From contig CAZFSB010000003.1 of assembly GCA_964521645.1 (NCBI GenBank), positions 1 to 51,705 of the forward strand: a DNA stretch of 51,705 bases, written 5' to 3'. Under the pieces are notes generated by a model that searched no databases, was not told where the DNA came from, and saw nothing but the letters and a program-made list of their open reading frames with translations. This document shows, piece by piece, positions 18,689 to 28,073 of the stretch; the stretch's first letter is position 1; the number at the start of each line of letters is the position of its first letter. Source of the DNA: an uncultured Candidatus Saccharibacteria bacterium (GTDB taxonomy: Bacteria > Patescibacteriota > Minisyncoccia > Phycocordibacterales > UBA918). Position numbers and translations under genes: made by a program.

Positions 18689-20510
18689 TTCCCATTATAG
18701 CTTCTGAAACCTCAATATCGGTAAAGTTATCGACAGTCGTATCAAATGAGTAGTCCTCAACGTCGGTATCCGTGCCGATCTTGGTACTGAATACGTTCAT
18801 TTCTTCAAACGGTATCTCGTGGTTTAAGGCCTTGATGATGGCATCTTCCTGGATGGTGACAAAGCCCTTCTTGCGTGCTGCGTGGAAGAATTCTTCCTCG
18901 GAAGCGTTTTTGAGGATAAGCTCTTGCATTTCCTCATCGATCTCGAGCACCTCGGTGACAGCCGTTCGGCCGCGGTACCCGGTCATACAGCCAGGCGTTG
19001 GTTCGGGATGCAGTACGGTGCGGTTGGTCGGGATCTGCTCATGGTACTTCTTCGGCAGTGACTTGAACGCGTTGTTGATACGCATCTCACTACCCGCATC
19101 GAGCGGTTCTTCCTTTCCGGTACCCGAACAGAGGGTACGCGCGAGCCGTTGCGCAATCGCCATCTTGAGCGTCGGCGCGATAAGGTACGGGTCGACCCCC
19201 ATGTCGATGAGACGCGGGATCACGCCGATAGCGTTGTTGGTGTGAATGGTAGAAAGCACCAAGTGACCGGTGAGCGCCGCCTGAATAGCGAGCTGCGCGG
19301 TTTCAGTATCGCGGATCTCTCCCACCATGATGATGTCTGGGTCTTGACGCAAAGCAGAACGCAGACCGCGCGCAAAAGTGTAGCCGATCTCGGGCCGGAT
19401 CTGTGACTGACTCACGCCGTCCATGTTGTACTCAACCGGGTCTTCAAGCGACATGACGTTCTTGGTCATGCGGTCCACCTCTTGGATCATGGCGCGCAGG
19501 GTCGTTGACTTACCCGAACCAGTCGGACCAGAAATGAGAATGATACCGTACGGCTCTTTCACGACACGCCTGATGATCTCGCGGTTGGTGGCCGAAATAC
19601 CGCTTTCCTTCAGCGAACGCACCCCGACGCTGGTATCCAAGATACGCATTACCACCTTCTCGCCATGGTTGGTCGGCAAAATAGAGACACGAAAATCGAT
19701 CTTACGATCATCAAACGTGGCTGAGAAACGACCGTCTTGCGGCTTGCGGCGTTCGTCCAGGCGCATCGAGGACAAGATCTTGACGCGTGCCACTACCGCC
19801 ATATGCACGTTCTTAGGGAGCGTCAGGCTTCTCGCCAGTTCGCCGTCGACACGAAAACGAATACCCACCTCGCTCGGAGTCGGCTCAATATGGATGTCGG
19901 ACGCTCCCCCATCCACCGCATAACGCAGAATAGTAGCCACGATCTTGGTGACCGGCGCATCTTCTTCAATGTGTTCAAATGATTGCTTCGTTTCCTCAGA
20001 TGATTCCTCCAAGCTGGCGGCAATTTCTTTATCAAGCTCGGTCTCGAGTGTCTCAAGCGCGTCACCAACGTCACCTTCAAGGTTGGAGTAAAACTGGAGG
20101 ATGCGCGCGATATCTTCATCGAGCATGTACACCAGGCGGTACGGGAGATTGTGCTTGGTGCTGATGAAGTTGAGCGCTTCGCGCATCTGCAGGTTGTCGG
20201 GGTCGTTCGCGCCAATCACCAACACCTCATCTTCGATCATGAGCGGCACCGCACGATAGTGGGTAGCTGATGCTTCGGAAATGTAATCGAGTACTTCCTG
20301 TTTGATATTAAAACCTTCCGGAATGACAAAACTCGGCACTTGGTAGTACTCAGCAATATCGCTGCGCACTGCACTGCGCTCTACTCCAAGTTCGATCAAT
20401 ACAGAGTCGACCGGGCGACCGGTATCACTAATCACTCGATCAGCCTGCGCGGCTATCTGCTCATTGATCTTACCCTGCTCTGTCAGTGCTTGCAGTGGTT
20501 CCATAGGCAC
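18666..20510 (-). CDS. pilB: Type IV pilus assembly ATPase PilB (GspE family)
   Basis: Has a T2SSE N-terminal domain, Walker A GPTGSGKST and a C-terminal tetracysteine-like region. Length 614 aa. Confidence 0.95.
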   Translation of the reverse strand: MPMEPLQALTEQGKINEQIAAQADRVISDTGRPVDSVLIELGVERSAVRSDIAEYYQVPSFVIPEGFNIKQEVLDYISEASATHYRAVPLMIEDEVLVIGANDPDNLQMREALNFISTKHNLPYRLVYMLDEDIARILQFYSNLEGDVGDALETLETELDKEIAASLEESSEETKQSFEHIEEDAPVTKIVATILRYAVDGGASDIHIEPTPSEVGIRFRVDGELARSLTLPKNVHMAVVARVKILSSMRLDERRKPQDGRFSATFDDRKIDFRVSILPTNHGEKVVMRILDTSVGVRSLKESGISATNREIIRRVVKEPYGIILISGPTGSGKSTTLRAMIQEVDRMTKNVMSLEDPVEYNMDGVSQSQIRPEIGYTFARGLRSALRQDPDIIMVGEIRDTETAQLAIQAALTGHLVLSTIHTNNAIGVIPRLIDMGVDPYLIAPTLKMAIAQRLARTLCSGTGKEEPLDAGSEMRINNAFKSLPKKYHEQIPTNRTVLHPEPTPGCMTGYRGRTAVTEVLEIDEEMQELILKNASEEEFFHAARKKGFVTIQEDAIIKALNHEIPFEEMNVFSTKIGTDTDVEDYSFDTTVDNFTDIEVSEAIMGSDETASH

Positions 20511-20830
20511 TATTCTGCTTGTCTAAGAGATGTGGGAGTGTCGGCAAATGGGTCGGGTCGTCCGATCGGTCGGTCTTGGATCTTGGTGGTGTAACTACGG
20601 AGCGAACGGAAGCGATCATCCTCGAAAAGAGCGATATTGAAATTGACTCGGTTAAGCGTACTGCCATATCCGATGAATACCTGCGTATTCCTAAGCATAT
20701 TCTCCATGACTGCCGTATCCTCTTCAACCGGAATGAAATTGGCTGCGTTTTGCGTGTACAGGTAATAGCCCGCAAACGCTACCGTGATGAGACCGAGTAT
20801 GACGACAAGATTTGTGACAGATTTGCTCAT
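20510..20830 (-). CDS. Membrane-anchored hypothetical protein in the pilMNO operon (PilP-position)
   Basis: One N-terminal TM helix. It is tightly packed between the pilO-like gene and pilB. Confidence 0.5.
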   Translation of the reverse strand: MSKSVTNLVVILGLITVAFAGYYLYTQNAANFIPVEEDTAVMENMLRNTQVFIGYGSTLNRVNFNIALFEDDRFRSLRSYTTKIQDRPIGRPDPFADTPTSLRQAE

Positions 20831-20842
20831 AGGTATATCAGA

Positions 20843-21415
20843 TCAATTACTACTAACTTCATTTCGGAATGAATAGGTGACCAGATCGAGGCTCACTCCT
20901 AAGAATCCCCCCTCCATTTTGGTGATCTCCATGTTGTGTACCTCAAGTGGGTAGCTATTCTGTTCTAGAAGTCTGAGCAGGTCTTTTAGCTGTTCGTAAG
21001 TGGCTTCCACGGTGAGCGAGAAGGTGTGTGGTTCGGTCGCTGTATCTGAGGTGGTCTCTGTCCGGTTTCTGTTCCTGGTCTCTTTTTCCTGACCAGCGTA
21101 CTCGACACCTTTATAGAAAACTCCCGCTTGCTCTGTGATCAGGTAAATATCTCGAGATACCGAAATAGAATCGACTGCATCGGGTAAATAGGTCTGCAGT
21201 CTTCGTTTATCCTCGCCGGAGACTGAATCCATGGTTAGTGCCAGACTCGACAATTTTGAGTTGACCGACACCACTTTCTCACGCTCTATCTGGTATTTCT
21301 CGATATTGTCTTGGATAACCTCAACCTCAGCAAAAGACGGCTGGATGTAGGTGATGATTATGCCGACCGAGATGATCATCATGCCGATCTGGGTGAAAAG
21401 TCCTTTAGGTATCAT
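20843..21415 (-). CDS. PilO-like pilus assembly protein
   Basis: N-terminal TM helix plus coiled coil. Assigned from its position after the PilN-like gene. Confidence 0.55.
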   Translation of the reverse strand: MIPKGLFTQIGMMIISVGIIITYIQPSFAEVEVIQDNIEKYQIEREKVVSVNSKLSSLALTMDSVSGEDKRRLQTYLPDAVDSISVSRDIYLITEQAGVFYKGVEYAGQEKETRNRNRTETTSDTATEPHTFSLTVEATYEQLKDLLRLLEQNSYPLEVHNMEITKMEGGFLGVSLDLVTYSFRNEVSSN

Positions 21416-22143
21416 ATTTGATCTTCATTAGCACTTTCCTCTTCTACAGTTCCTTCGATCGGCTCTCCAATGTCTGACGTGGTATTCAACACCGCTTCGC
21501 TGGTAATGACCGGAAGAGCTGCTGGCTGACTGGTCGGACGATACGGAATAGCGGTAACCGGCACTTCAAACACGGCGCTGAAGGTGACCAGTGAAAGCCC
21601 TGATTCACCCCTGCCGTCGTTGGTATCCTGCGGAGTGGCCTGTACCTCCTCAATGGACACCTCTTGAAATACTTGATCTCGCTGGAACACTCCGCGCTGC
21701 GAAATAGTCGAGTCAAATGAGTCTGTCAGCACTGCGGCGGTAAGCGTGTAGATATCATCCTCTGCGCGTTCAAGGCTAAGCGACTCGATCATGACCGTAT
21801 CAACGGTGGTCGCTTCCAATGTTCGAAAGATCGAAGCGACAGAAGCTGAACGCTCGATCCGATCAGTCGCCTCGCGCAACCGCTTCTCAAACTCGAGTAC
21901 CTCCTCCATCTTGGCCACGCTAAAACTCTTTATTTCCGAGTCAAGTTTTTTGACCTCTTCGGCCAGCTGTTTATCGAGATACTTTCCGTACAGGAACATG
22001 CCCCCAGAAGCCAACAGCGTCGCAAATAGCAAGACGTAACTGATGATGGTAAATATGTATACGCGTCGGGTCGTCGCGCCACGAGTAGGCCGGGAGGCAG
22101 GGCCTCGCTTTGGTATGAATGAATTACTTGAAGGATCCGGCAT
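21412..22143 (-). CDS. PilN-like pilus assembly protein
   Basis: Short cytoplasmic N-terminus, TM helix and coiled coil. It follows pilM. Confidence 0.55.
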   Translation of the reverse strand: MPDPSSNSFIPKRGPASRPTRGATTRRVYIFTIISYVLLFATLLASGGMFLYGKYLDKQLAEEVKKLDSEIKSFSVAKMEEVLEFEKRLREATDRIERSASVASIFRTLEATTVDTVMIESLSLERAEDDIYTLTAAVLTDSFDSTISQRGVFQRDQVFQEVSIEEVQATPQDTNDGRGESGLSLVTFSAVFEVPVTAIPYRPTSQPAALPVITSEAVLNTTSDIGEPIEGTVEEESANEDQI

Positions 22144-22200
22144 GTTGCATTCATTATAAGCTATCGCAGTACGAATCGGTGCTTCCGTACTGTGGAAAGT

Positions 22201-23292
22201 CTATTCAAAAGCTCGCATTGCTGCGCCGAGTGCGACTGTGAACGAAGGACCGATCTCACGCATGGTGTCTTCCATGAAGGCTGGGTAGGCTACTTTTGCA
22301 AACGGGTTGGCAAGTACTACCTCACGCCCGAGCGCTTCCTTGAGGTGCGCATCAATACCAGGGAAAAGCGCGCCACCACCAGAAAGATAGACTGTGGTGA
22401 ACGTGACGCCGGTCTTTTGTTCGTATTCGCGCAACACCTGATTGAATTCGCGGAACGCACGGTCATAGCTGCTATGGTGCGCTCGTCTAATATCTGAAAA
22501 ATTGCTCGCTTGTTTGTCCGCCGCGTACTTCATCTCTTCAGCCTTTTCGAAATTGACCTCCAGTACCTCGGCGATGCGCTTGGTGGCGATCGCTCCGCCA
22601 GCTCGAATGCGGTACATCCGCATCAAGAGACCCTTGCGCGCGATGTACAGCTTTGAAGAAACAGCACCGATATCGATGACTGCAATATCTGTTTCGGCAC
22701 TGTCATAGAGACTTCTGATCGTGCTGAAGCATTCGATCTCGGTCGGCGGCTGCTGCATACCAGCAAATTGCATCAAGACCTTGAATCGCTCAAGGGCTGA
22801 ATTTTGAATGGCAGCAATGAGAATGTTTCGGCGGTCCCCCTGACCATCACCGATCTCTTTCTTGCTCATTTCTACTTCGGCCCAGTCGAGGGCAACTTCA
22901 CTGAGTGAAGCCGGTATCACCTTTCTCGCTTCAACACGCACCATGGCGGCCAGGTCGGCATCGGCTTCCGCCTCGATCGTGACATTAGTAACAAAACTAG
23001 AAGAGAGCGGCATAGCAAATACGGCACTACGAGCTTTGACTGCCGACTCTCTGACTACATCAACAAAGGCTTCTTGCTCTTGCTTAGCGTCCAGCACAAC
23101 CGATTCACCGATCGCCTTTCCAACGTACGGGCCGAGCTGTAGTTCGCCGTATGTCACGAGCGTGATCACTCCCTTCTTCTCTTGTAGCTCTACTACTTTC
23201 ACTGCTGAAGAGCCGAGGTCGATACCAAGCACGCCGCCAGAAGCATCTTTCGAGTGTTGGATGGAAGACAAAATATTTCCAAATAGGCTCAT
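22201..23292 (-). CDS. pilM: Type IV pilus assembly protein PilM (actin-like ATPase fold)
   Basis: Contains GIDLGSSAVKVVEL and LSGGGA motifs. TGCTAGAAT lies 10 nt upstream of the ATG. Confidence 0.85.
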   Translation of the reverse strand: MSLFGNILSSIQHSKDASGGVLGIDLGSSAVKVVELQEKKGVITLVTYGELQLGPYVGKAIGESVVLDAKQEQEAFVDVVRESAVKARSAVFAMPLSSSFVTNVTIEAEADADLAAMVRVEARKVIPASLSEVALDWAEVEMSKKEIGDGQGDRRNILIAAIQNSALERFKVLMQFAGMQQPPTEIECFSTIRSLYDSAETDIAVIDIGAVSSKLYIARKGLLMRMYRIRAGGAIATKRIAEVLEVNFEKAEEMKYAADKQASNFSDIRRAHHSSYDRAFREFNQVLREYEQKTGVTFTTVYLSGGGALFPGIDAHLKEALGREVVLANPFAKVAYPAFMEDTMREIGPSFTVALGAAMRAFE

Positions 23293-23336
23293 GATAGTAT
23301 TTATTCTAGCACGAATATTTTTAGTCTTTGTGAATT

Positions 23337-23948
23337 ATGCGAAAGTTACTCACAGCCTGCATCGATACCCTGTTCCCGCCTTCTGCTGATGCGCTTCTCT
23401 TGCGTAAGGCCCGAGACCACCATGAAGGACCTCTCCCGTACCAACCAGGTTCATACAAGAACATCCTCTTTCTAACTTCCTATCGGCTGCCTCTCGTGCA
23501 AGCAGCCATTCGGGAAAATAAATTTCACCACGATCGCCAAGCGAGCGAGCTCCTCGCCTCCCTGCTCCGGCAGTGGCATAGTCAGAGCACTAGACGAATC
23601 GCTTTCGTACCCATTCCTCTTGGACCAAAGCGCCAGCGTGAACGTGGACACAATCAAGTAGTGACCGTACTGGAAGCAGCCGGCCTGATGGACCATACCT
23701 ATTCCAAGATCTTGAAGCGGGCCGTCGAGACCCTCCCACAGTCGCACCTCGACCGCGCTGCCCGCACTCATAATTTAGACAATGCTTTTGTTTGCTCCGA
23801 AGATTGCACGGTCTTGGAAAAATACGACGAGGTCATTTTGCTTGATGACGTGGTCACAACCGGCACCACCCTAGAGGCGGCGCGAATAGCTCTAGCGCCC
23901 CACCTACCAAGACAGTGTCGATTGCGCTGCCTGGCCTTGGCACACTAA
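23337..23948 (+). CDS. comF: ComF-family phosphoribosyltransferase-like competence protein
   Basis: C-terminal PRTase motif ILLDDVVTTGTTLEAA. It is divergent from pilM. Confidence 0.8.
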   Translation: MRKLLTACIDTLFPPSADALLLRKARDHHEGPLPYQPGSYKNILFLTSYRLPLVQAAIRENKFHHDRQASELLASLLRQWHSQSTRRIAFVPIPLGPKRQRERGHNQVVTVLEAAGLMDHTYSKILKRAVETLPQSHLDRAARTHNLDNAFVCSEDCTVLEKYDEVILLDDVVTTGTTLEAARIALAPHLPRQCRLRCLALAH

Positions 23949-23985
23949 AAAACGGCGCGCCCCCATACGGGGGCGCGCCGTTTTT
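23947..23985. terminator. Bidirectional terminator
   Basis: CGGCGCGCCCCC-ATAC-GGGGGCGCGCCG, flanked by A and T runs. Confidence 0.8.
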
Positions 23986-23988
23986 AAT

Positions 23989-24798
23989 CTACCCTAGCAA
24001 TTGCTCGACTTCGTCGTGATGCTCTTCTCCGTGATCATGAAAATGAGTATCCCCATGAGTGCCATGTGCCCAGTGCAAAACCATCGTCATAAGCAAGAAC
24101 CCAATGAGAATGGACAGCGTGCTATACCAGATACTGCCATAGTGCGTGAGATTGCCGTGAATGCGTGGCAAGAGATCGCTCGCCGCCAAGAAGAGAAGAT
24201 TTCCCGCCGCCAATCCGACCAAGACCCATACGTAGTCGGCAATATGTTCTGAAAAAACTAGCACCACTAACGTTCCGACGATAATTGTACTCGCAGAAAG
24301 TAAGTTGAAGAGGACCGCCCGAGTGCGAGTGTACCCAGCGCGTATGAGCACACCGAATTCCACGATCTCCTGCGGTACCTCATGGAGCGCCAAACCGACC
24401 GCCACCGCCACCGCAATGGTAGGGTCGACCAAGTACGCAGCACCGAGCACGATACCGTCGGCAAAATTGTGGACCGCGTCGCCGACCAGAAGGAGCGTCG
24501 CCGCACCCTTGCGGTCACAGTCATCGGCTTCGAGGTGGTGGTAGCGCTGGTGCAGCTTGTGCGCGAGGATGTAGAACAGCAAGAAGCCGGCCATGATGAC
24601 CGCCCCACCCCACTCGGCTGACGCGCTTAACGTCTCGGGAATGAGCTCGTTGAGAATGAGACTCAAAAACACACCGACCGCTACCGGGACCACGTACCGT
24701 TCCAGACCGATGAGTCGTTTATCGTGTCCGAATATCGCAACACCGATCACTGAGATAAGGGCGATGAGCGCCGCGAGCGCAATTGCTTCGAGTATCAT
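23989..24798 (-). CDS. ZIP-family divalent metal (zinc) transporter with His-rich tail
   Basis: Contains HEVPQEIVEFGVL and HNFADGIVLG motifs. The C-terminus reads HGTHGDTHFHDHGEEHHDE. Confidence 0.85.
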   Translation of the reverse strand: MILEAIALAALIALISVIGVAIFGHDKRLIGLERYVVPVAVGVFLSLILNELIPETLSASAEWGGAVIMAGFLLFYILAHKLHQRYHHLEADDCDRKGAATLLLVGDAVHNFADGIVLGAAYLVDPTIAVAVAVGLALHEVPQEIVEFGVLIRAGYTRTRAVLFNLLSASTIIVGTLVVLVFSEHIADYVWVLVGLAAGNLLFLAASDLLPRIHGNLTHYGSIWYSTLSILIGFLLMTMVLHWAHGTHGDTHFHDHGEEHHDEVEQLLG

Positions 24799-24851
24799 AT
24801 TCCGTCTGTGGTTTCATTAAAAATAATTGCCAGTGTAACTCTTTTTTGGTA

Positions 24852-24872
24852 ATATGCAAATCATTTGCATAT
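24852..24872. promoter_or_regulatory. Perfect 10-1-10 palindrome ATATGCAAAT-C-ATTTGCATAT; candidate Zur/Fur operator overlapping the regulator's own promoter and start
   Basis: Read directly from the sequence. It overlaps TGGTAATAT (24847-24855) and the ATG at 24871, and lies between the divergent ZIP and Fur-family genes. Confidence 0.55.
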
Positions 24873-25248
24873 GACTTTTCGTCTCACCGCCAATCGCCAG
24901 CGCCTTCTCTCTTTCCTGCAGAATAATCAGGGGCCATTTTCTGCGGCCGAGATCCATGGCCACCTTCCTGACATGGACCTGGTCACCATTTACCGTAATC
25001 TGGAGTTGTTCACTAAAGAACAGCTCCTCAAGCGACTGCATTTGAACACCGGCGAAGCTTGCTACGAATATCAGTCCGAACCACACCACCATGCAGTGTG
25101 TACGGAATGTGAAAAAGTATTTCATTTCGCTGTCTCTCCGCAGGCGATCAAAGACCTGCTGCCCATCAAGGATTTTTCTATTGCTGATGTCGAGGTTACC
25201 GTACGCGGCACCTGCGCCAAAGCAAGGCACGCACAGACAAAAAAATAG
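24871..25248 (+). CDS. zur: Fur-family metalloregulator (probably Zur)
   Basis: N-terminal wHTH and an HHHAVCTEC metal site. Neighbouring zinc transporters support the Zur assignment. Confidence 0.8.
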   Translation: MTFRLTANRQRLLSFLQNNQGPFSAAEIHGHLPDMDLVTIYRNLELFTKEQLLKRLHLNTGEACYEYQSEPHHHAVCTECEKVFHFAVSPQAIKDLLPIKDFSIADVEVTVRGTCAKARHAQTKK

Positions 25249-25284
25249 GCAGATGCGTATGCATCTGCCTTTTATCCTAGAAGA

Positions 25285-25920
25285 TCAAACTTCCAGATCG
25301 AACTGGTTTACAACCACGCTGACTCCAGCATTCTTTGCTTCATAGAGCGCTTCGTCGGCTGCCTCGACCAGAGCACTCGCGTTTTTCGGATGACCCATCA
25401 CTGTAACGCCACCAATGGTGATGCCAACAGCAGCGTCGTAACCTTCGATAGCTTCAACCGCTTCTGCCAGACGCTCTCCGATCAAGGCCGCCTCTTCAAA
25501 ACGCACGTTAGGAAGCGCAATGAGAAACTCATCGCCTCCAATGCGCCCGAAGATGTCGCCTTGCCGAAGTTCCCCCTGCAACACCTTGACCACATCACGA
25601 AGTAATTCATCGCCGGCGGGGTGTCCCAAGTTGTCATTCACCTTCTTAAAATCCCTCATGTCGAGAGCAAATAGCGTGAGTACGGATAAGCTTGCTGGTT
25701 TTCGAGAGGCTTCATGAGAAACCGGAAGCATTTCAACTAGCGAGTGGAACATCTTATGGAACGCCCGTCGATTAGGAATGTCAGTGAGAGAATCAAGGTC
25801 TGCCAGCTTTTGCAGCTTTTTGATCTGGTAATCCTGCACCACGACCCTCACCGTGAGAACGATGATCGTTGCCACAAGGACGACGACCAAACTAATTGCA
25901 ACGACTAAACTATAGTTCAT
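25285..25920 (-). CDS. Membrane-anchored diguanylate cyclase (GGDEF domain with RxxD I-site)
   Basis: RQGDIFGRIGGDEFLIALP, plus an N-terminal TM helix. Confidence 0.85.
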   Translation of the reverse strand: MNYSLVVAISLVVVLVATIIVLTVRVVVQDYQIKKLQKLADLDSLTDIPNRRAFHKMFHSLVEMLPVSHEASRKPASLSVLTLFALDMRDFKKVNDNLGHPAGDELLRDVVKVLQGELRQGDIFGRIGGDEFLIALPNVRFEEAALIGERLAEAVEAIEGYDAAVGITIGGVTVMGHPKNASALVEAADEALYEAKNAGVSVVVNQFDLEV

Positions 25921-26036
25921 TACTCCCCTCCTTTGAAAAAACGAAACGGCTTATATAGTACTATTGAAATTGATTTTGTCAACCTTTCAAGAAGCTTTTG
26001 GAACAAATAAGCGCCCTAGAAGGGCGCTTATTTGTA

Positions 26037-26168
26037 ATTGCGGAGACGAGAGGATTCGGTCACAAGTCGCTCCCTCCGGTCGCGCTCGCGACCCCAGCTC
26101 GCCGACAAGCACTCCTCGCAAGCTCGTCGTCTTGTATACCGGCTCCGCTTTTCGAATCCTCTCGTCCC
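26037..26168 (-). ncRNA. tRNA-Ser-derived structured element 'Y'
   Basis: 26037-26058 is a 22-nt exact copy of the tRNA-Ser 3' end (26213-26234). 26153-26168 is its inverted copy, which forms a 16-bp closing helix. Internal hairpins are present. Confidence 0.4.
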
Positions 26169-26170
26169 AC

Positions 26171-26217
26171 GCAATAGCAAACCGCCGAAATGCATACGCA
26201 TTTCGGCGGGCTATTGC
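26171..26217. terminator. Compound hairpin after tRNA-Ser
   Basis: GCAATAGC-AAA-CCGCCGAAATGC-ATAC-GCATTTCGGCGG-GCTATTGC. Confidence 0.65.
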
Positions 26218-26303
26218 GGAGACGAGAGGATTCGAACCTCCGAGGGCTTTTAGACCCTGCCTCGTTAGCAGTGAGGTGCTTTCGACCACTCAGCCACGTC
26301 TCC
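26217..26303 (-). tRNA. tRNA-Ser (anticodon GCU), class II
   Basis: The reverse strand is GGAGACGTGGCTGAGTGGTCGAAAGCACCTCACTGCTAACGAGGCAGGGTCTAAAAGCCCTCGGAGGTTCGAATCCTCTCGTCTCCG. It has a long variable arm. Confidence 0.9.
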
Positions 26304-26318
26304 GTATTCTCCGAAATT

Positions 26319-26511
26319 GGAGACGTGGCTGGGGTCGAAAGTTCCTTTCGTCCTCCTTTCGCCTGTTTGCTACGCGAGCACTTCTTGTTTTCTAACTCGC
26401 AAGCTCGTAAGAAAACAATGTCGCGCAACTCACAACGGCGAATCCTGCCTTGACGGCAGGACCGGATGAATTGAGACGCAGGTCTCAATTCATCCACTCA
26501 GCCACGTCTCC
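26319..26511 (-). ncRNA. tRNA-Ser-derived structured element 'Z' in the 5' flank
   Basis: 26494-26511 is an 18-nt copy of the tRNA 5' end (26286-26303). 26319-26331 is its inverted copy. Internal 14-bp and 9-bp hairpins are present. Confidence 0.4.
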
Positions 26512-26698
26512 AAATTTCTCCAAATCCATTTCGATTGGTGCTGGAGAGAATACCATATTGACCAACAGTTACCAAGTCGTTTTTGTAATACCCTGGGTGC
26601 CCTCGATCTGTACTAGACAATATAAAGCCCGTGCTGTATAGTAGCTGCCCATCACAGGTTTGTGTGATGTTTTTGTTCTTTACAATAAAAGGAGAAGT

Positions 26699-27950
26699 TG
26701 TGAGCAACAGCAAAGTGTTGGATAGTCGTATTTTGGCCATGGTCCTTGCCGGTGGCAGAGGCCAGCGTCTTGGCCCTCTGACCGACAATCGTTCGAAGCC
26801 CGCCGTACCGTTTGGCAAGCACCATATCATCAATTTTGCCCTCAGTAACATCATCAACAGCAAGGTCATCGACCACGCCTATGTGCTGACGCAGTACAAG
26901 CAGCAAGGTATCTTGCGCATTCTGGCCTCGATGAACTTCGAAGCCCCGGCCTGGGACAAATTCATTCGTCCTCTACCGGCGCAGCAGCAGATGGGAACCG
27001 ATTGGTATCTCGGCAGTGCGAACGCGGTGTATCAAAACCACGAGTACCTGCTCGACGACCCGGCTGAGTACGTGCTCATTCTGGCCGCCGATCACATCTA
27101 CAAGTTCGACTTCAAGCAATTACTCGAAGACCACATCAACCATGATGCGGACGTGACTGTTTCGGGGATGTTCCTCAGTACTGAGGAAGCAGCCGATACT
27201 TTCGGAGTAATGGAGGTAGATGCTACCGGATCGATCAGGGGCTTCAAAGAAAAACCGCCCCACCCCAAAGCGCATCCCGGCCGACCAGGCGAATGTGTCA
27301 TCTCGCAAGGGATCTACATCTTCAAGAAGTCGGTACTGCTCGATGTCCTGAAAGAAGATCATCTCGATCAAAATTCAGAAAATGACTTTGGGAAGAACAT
27401 CCTACCCAAAATGGTCACCGAAGGGTACAAAGTACACTTCTATGACCACGGAACGAATGTCATCCCGAACGAGAAGATCAACGGCTACTGGCGTGATGTC
27501 GGTACGATCGATGCCTACCACGCTGCCATGATGGACCAGACCCAGTTCAATCCTGACCTAGACCTGTATAACAAGTACTGGCCGGTCATCACGATCAGTG
27601 ATAATCAGCCCATGGCCAAGGTTAACTCACTCTGTGGTCCAAGCGATGAGAATAAGTGTTTTCAATTTTTGGCCGCTGGAGGCTGTGTCTTCACTCACGC
27701 TAAGCTGATATGGCATTCCGTGCTTGGTCGTGAGGTTCGGGTTGAAAAAGGCGCAACCGTCTTGGAATCGATCATCTTCGACCGCGCTGTCATTGGCCGA
27801 AACGCTCGTCTCACCCGCACTATCGTCGAGGAACGTATTACTATCCCCGACAACTGTGTCATTGGCGAAGACATAGAAGCTGATGAAGAACGGGACATTC
27901 TGATCACGAAAGAAGGGATCAGAGTCGTTCACAGCAAGTCAAAACTCTGA
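26699..27950 (+). CDS. glgC: Glucose-1-phosphate adenylyltransferase
   Basis: Contains LAGGRGQRLGPLTDNRSKPAVPFG and a C-terminal left-handed beta-helix. The GTG start at 26699 follows SD AAGGAG. Confidence 0.9.
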
Positions 27951-28073
27951 CCTTCTCCTTTCGCTCAAGCCGACAATTCTTGTCGGCTTTTTTTCTTTGT
28001 CGATAACAGACTTGCCCGCCCAGCGCGCGGATGATATAAATCATCTGTAGTTTACACCTCGATAATCATTCTC

